DNA of 50,361 nt, counting the filler, from Jimgerdemannia flammicorona (lineage: Eukaryota): NCBI GenBank assembly GCA_003990765.1. It is 2 parts of 2 records of this genome, joined end to end, with 100 filler letters (N's around TTAATTAATTAA, not from the genome) between each part and the next. Parts side by side here need not be neighbours in the genome. Positions count along the whole stretch, not along the records: positions 25,236 to 50,361 come from RBNJ01000879.1; 1 more part is not named here. One strand, given 5' to 3'. Shown here piece by piece: positions 48,189 through 50,361 of this stretch. The first letter of the stretch is position 1. The number at the start of each line of letters is the position of its first letter. The position numbers and the translations under genes are program-made. A model generated the notes under the pieces. That model was not told where the DNA came from. It saw nothing but the letters and a program-made list of their open reading frames with translations, and did not search any database.

Positions 48189-50105
48189 ATGGACAGCAAT
48201 GATCGATCTGGTGAGCGTACTGGCCAGGGGGGTGACAGCGCCTTTGGCTGGCAGCAGGTAGGGGGGAGGGGAGATGGTTTGGGGATGCCAGGGGCCTCGA
48301 TGGCTCGCCAGGGCCCTAGCAGCGGAGGGAGGGGAGGTCTGAGGCAGAGAGGAGGGGAGCGGTCGATCTTTGCTGACAAGGTCAGGATGGGGAAGATGGC
48401 TTCTAGGCTGGATAGTTGGCTGGGACTGGAGAAGGCATCGATGGCTACTACCGGGAGTCAGGGAGATACACCCCAGGGTACTTCTGGTGATAGGGAAGGG
48501 GCTGGAGTAGGGGCTGGAGATGTGACTGCTGATGGGGCTGTGACTGGGGATCTGGCAAAAAATCCAGATATGACAGTGGTCGGCAATTTGGAACTTGGAG
48601 GGGGCACGAGGCCCAGGGACCTGGCAGATGGGGTGACGGGCATGGTGTTGGCCCCGTTACTCAAGAAGTTGAGATCCGAATTCACGGTCACGATGTGCTT
48701 CCGAGGCTTGGCTATAATGGCGAGAATGATTTTGGGGCTGGTGGCGCAGGAGGCTAAGGGAGCGGCATCGGTGAAGTTCTTGAGGGGAAAGGAAGGGGTT
48801 GAGGTGGGGTTTGAGGAGGAGGACACCTTGTTGGCAGCCATGGAGAAAGGGGTGATGGTTGGCAGGGTTGTGGTCCCTATGGCCTGGTGTATACGCTGGG
48901 ACCCCCAGGTGGTACAGTTGACAGTATTGGACCTCCCTATAGTGTCGAAGGAAAGGACCAGGGAGTTGGTTGTGGAGGCAATCAAGGAGTATGGCGAGAT
49001 TGTGGATGTTGGTTTCAAGGTCTGGGAGGGCACAGAGCTTAGGACTGGAGATGTCGATGTCAGGGTGCGACTGGCTGGAAAGGAGAATACGGGGAAGTCG
49101 AGGGACTGGCCAGCAGTGCTGAGGTGGGGCCAGATGGAGTGTAAGGTCACTAGGGTGAAGGGGACGCAGGAGGAGGAGGAGGATCTGTTGGAGGCTCTGG
49201 AGGATCTGGAAGGGGCAGTTGCAAGGAGGAGATTAGTCTGGAGGGAGTTTGAGACGAAGACAGTGGTGGGGGAGGTGGATGGGAAGAGGGTTCGGATGGA
49301 GAAGGGGGCCTGGGAGAGGTTGCAGGGGAGGAAGATTTAGAAGGAGTTGTTAGCGAAGTTGGGCGGGGGTGGGGCTGGTGGAAGCTCCAGGGCAGGGGCT
49401 GCAGGGTTGCAGGAGAGCACCTGGGCTGAAGGGGGAGAGATGGCCCAGGGCGGGGCTCAGGTTAGAGTCGGGGAGGGGCAGGAGGATAGCTTGGAGGTGG
49501 ACGCTGAAATGGGAGAAGGTGGGCGCCCTCAGTATAGTGTTCCAAATGGGGCAGGAGGTGAGGAGGAGCTGATGGATGTGCCAGATGAGGAGTGGGATGA
49601 GTCAGTGAGGAGGAGCGCACTGGTGGACCCCGAGGTAGATGGGGGACAGATTGCTCAGGGGGCGGCGGAGGCAGTTGATGAGGAGAAGTGGATGTGGAAG
49701 ACCCTGGAAGGGGTAGCGGTGGAGGAGCTGGGGGGTGAGGACTTCAGGGTGATAGAGGAGAGGCATTGGGAGGAGATTCTACGTGGGGAAGAGGTGCCAA
49801 GGAAGATGAGGAATGAGATCCTGGCTGTCCTCCTGGAGTCGGTCGAGTATCAGGTTGATGATCAGCATGAGGAGGAGCTTAGAAGAATTGTGAGTGACCG
49901 GGCGCTTGTCTTGTGGAACTCGAGGAAGGGACTAGAGAAGTGGCGCGCAGTCTGCTTGGATTATAGGGCAGATATGGAGGAGGTAGACAGGGTGGAGTGT
50001 CAGGAAATCTTGGGGGCACTGGATGCTCGGGATATTGCGGAGGGTGAATTGGAAGCTGAGCGGCTCTTGGACTTGGTGAGGGATGAGATGAGCATGGAAT
50101 TATAG
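48189..50105 (+). pseudogene. LINE ORF1 (~638 codons) with one in-frame TAG at 49338-49340
   Basis: ORFs 48189..49340 and 49347..50105 share a frame, and the left copy has CAG at this codon. RRM-like segment LTVLDLP...AIKEYGEIVDV. Confidence 0.88.
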
Positions 50106-50136
50106 GTTGAGGTCTCTTTTACAATTTCTATTCAAT

Positions 50137-50361
50137 ATGAACAATACAACAAGGATATTTTCGTTGAACGTTAATGGGTTACAGGGGGCGGCTAGGAGGA
50201 AGTACATCTTTGGTTGGCTTCGGGGTCTGGATGTGGACCTCTTCTTGTTACAGGATGTTCGGTATGAGGCAGATGTGGATTTACAGGATTGGACTAAGGA
50301 ATGGGGGGGTGCAGCAGTTTGGAGGGGGAAAGTTGGTATTCTTGTTCAGAAAGGGATGGGG
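50137..50361 (+). CDS. LINE ORF2 N-terminus (APE endonuclease), partial
   Basis: MNNTTRIFSLNVNGLQGAARRKYIFGWLRGLDVDLFLLQDV..., open to the window end. Confidence 0.9.
   Translation, partial: MNNTTRIFSLNVNGLQGAARRKYIFGWLRGLDVDLFLLQDVRYEADVDLQDWTKEWGGAAVWRGKVGILVQKGMG

Larger units (their letters stand above)
48101..50361 (+). mobile_element. L1/Tx1-like LINE, 5' portion (5'UTR, ORF1, start of ORF2), running off the window end
   Basis: Same family as 1-4904 in the opposite orientation and retains more CpG. Abrupt composition change at ~48100. Confidence 0.95.

Noticed and set aside
49338..49340. In-frame TAG in LINE ORF1 as programmed readthrough
   Set aside because: The left copy has CAG here and a stop elsewhere, so it is a copy-specific mutation.
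1..50361. Inverted LINE pair bracketing the gene island as a composite mobile unit
   Set aside because: LINEs do not mobilise flanked DNA this way, the copies differ in age, and an assembly gap lies between them so true adjacency is unproven.

Overview
Eukaryotic, intron-rich fungal DNA. An early-diverging (Mucoromycota-like) host is my inference from gene structure and protein style, and is not proven. A CpG-rich gene island (~19-44.8 kb) carries an F-box/LRR gene, a BTB gene, KGD4/MRPS36, COQ7, YJU2, RPL1 (uL1), tRNA-Leu(TAA), WSS1, kinesin-1 heavy chain and a UPF0014 (FetB/STAR2-like) permease. The island is interrupted by an artificial assembly spacer at 25136-25234. Both flanks are transposon graveyards: two copies of an L1/Tx1-like LINE (1-4904 minus, 48101-end plus) plus older fragments, a hAT relic with a BED finger, and a full-length 10-kb Ty3/Gypsy element (6807-16793, ATAC target-site duplication). 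That element encodes a dUTPase between protease and RT, a long unexplained spacer, and a probable third ORF. The strongest signal is repeat-restricted C-to-T/G-to-A hypermutation that goes beyond CpG into CpA/TpG contexts. It is RIP-like and can be read at several stages of decay within the window.
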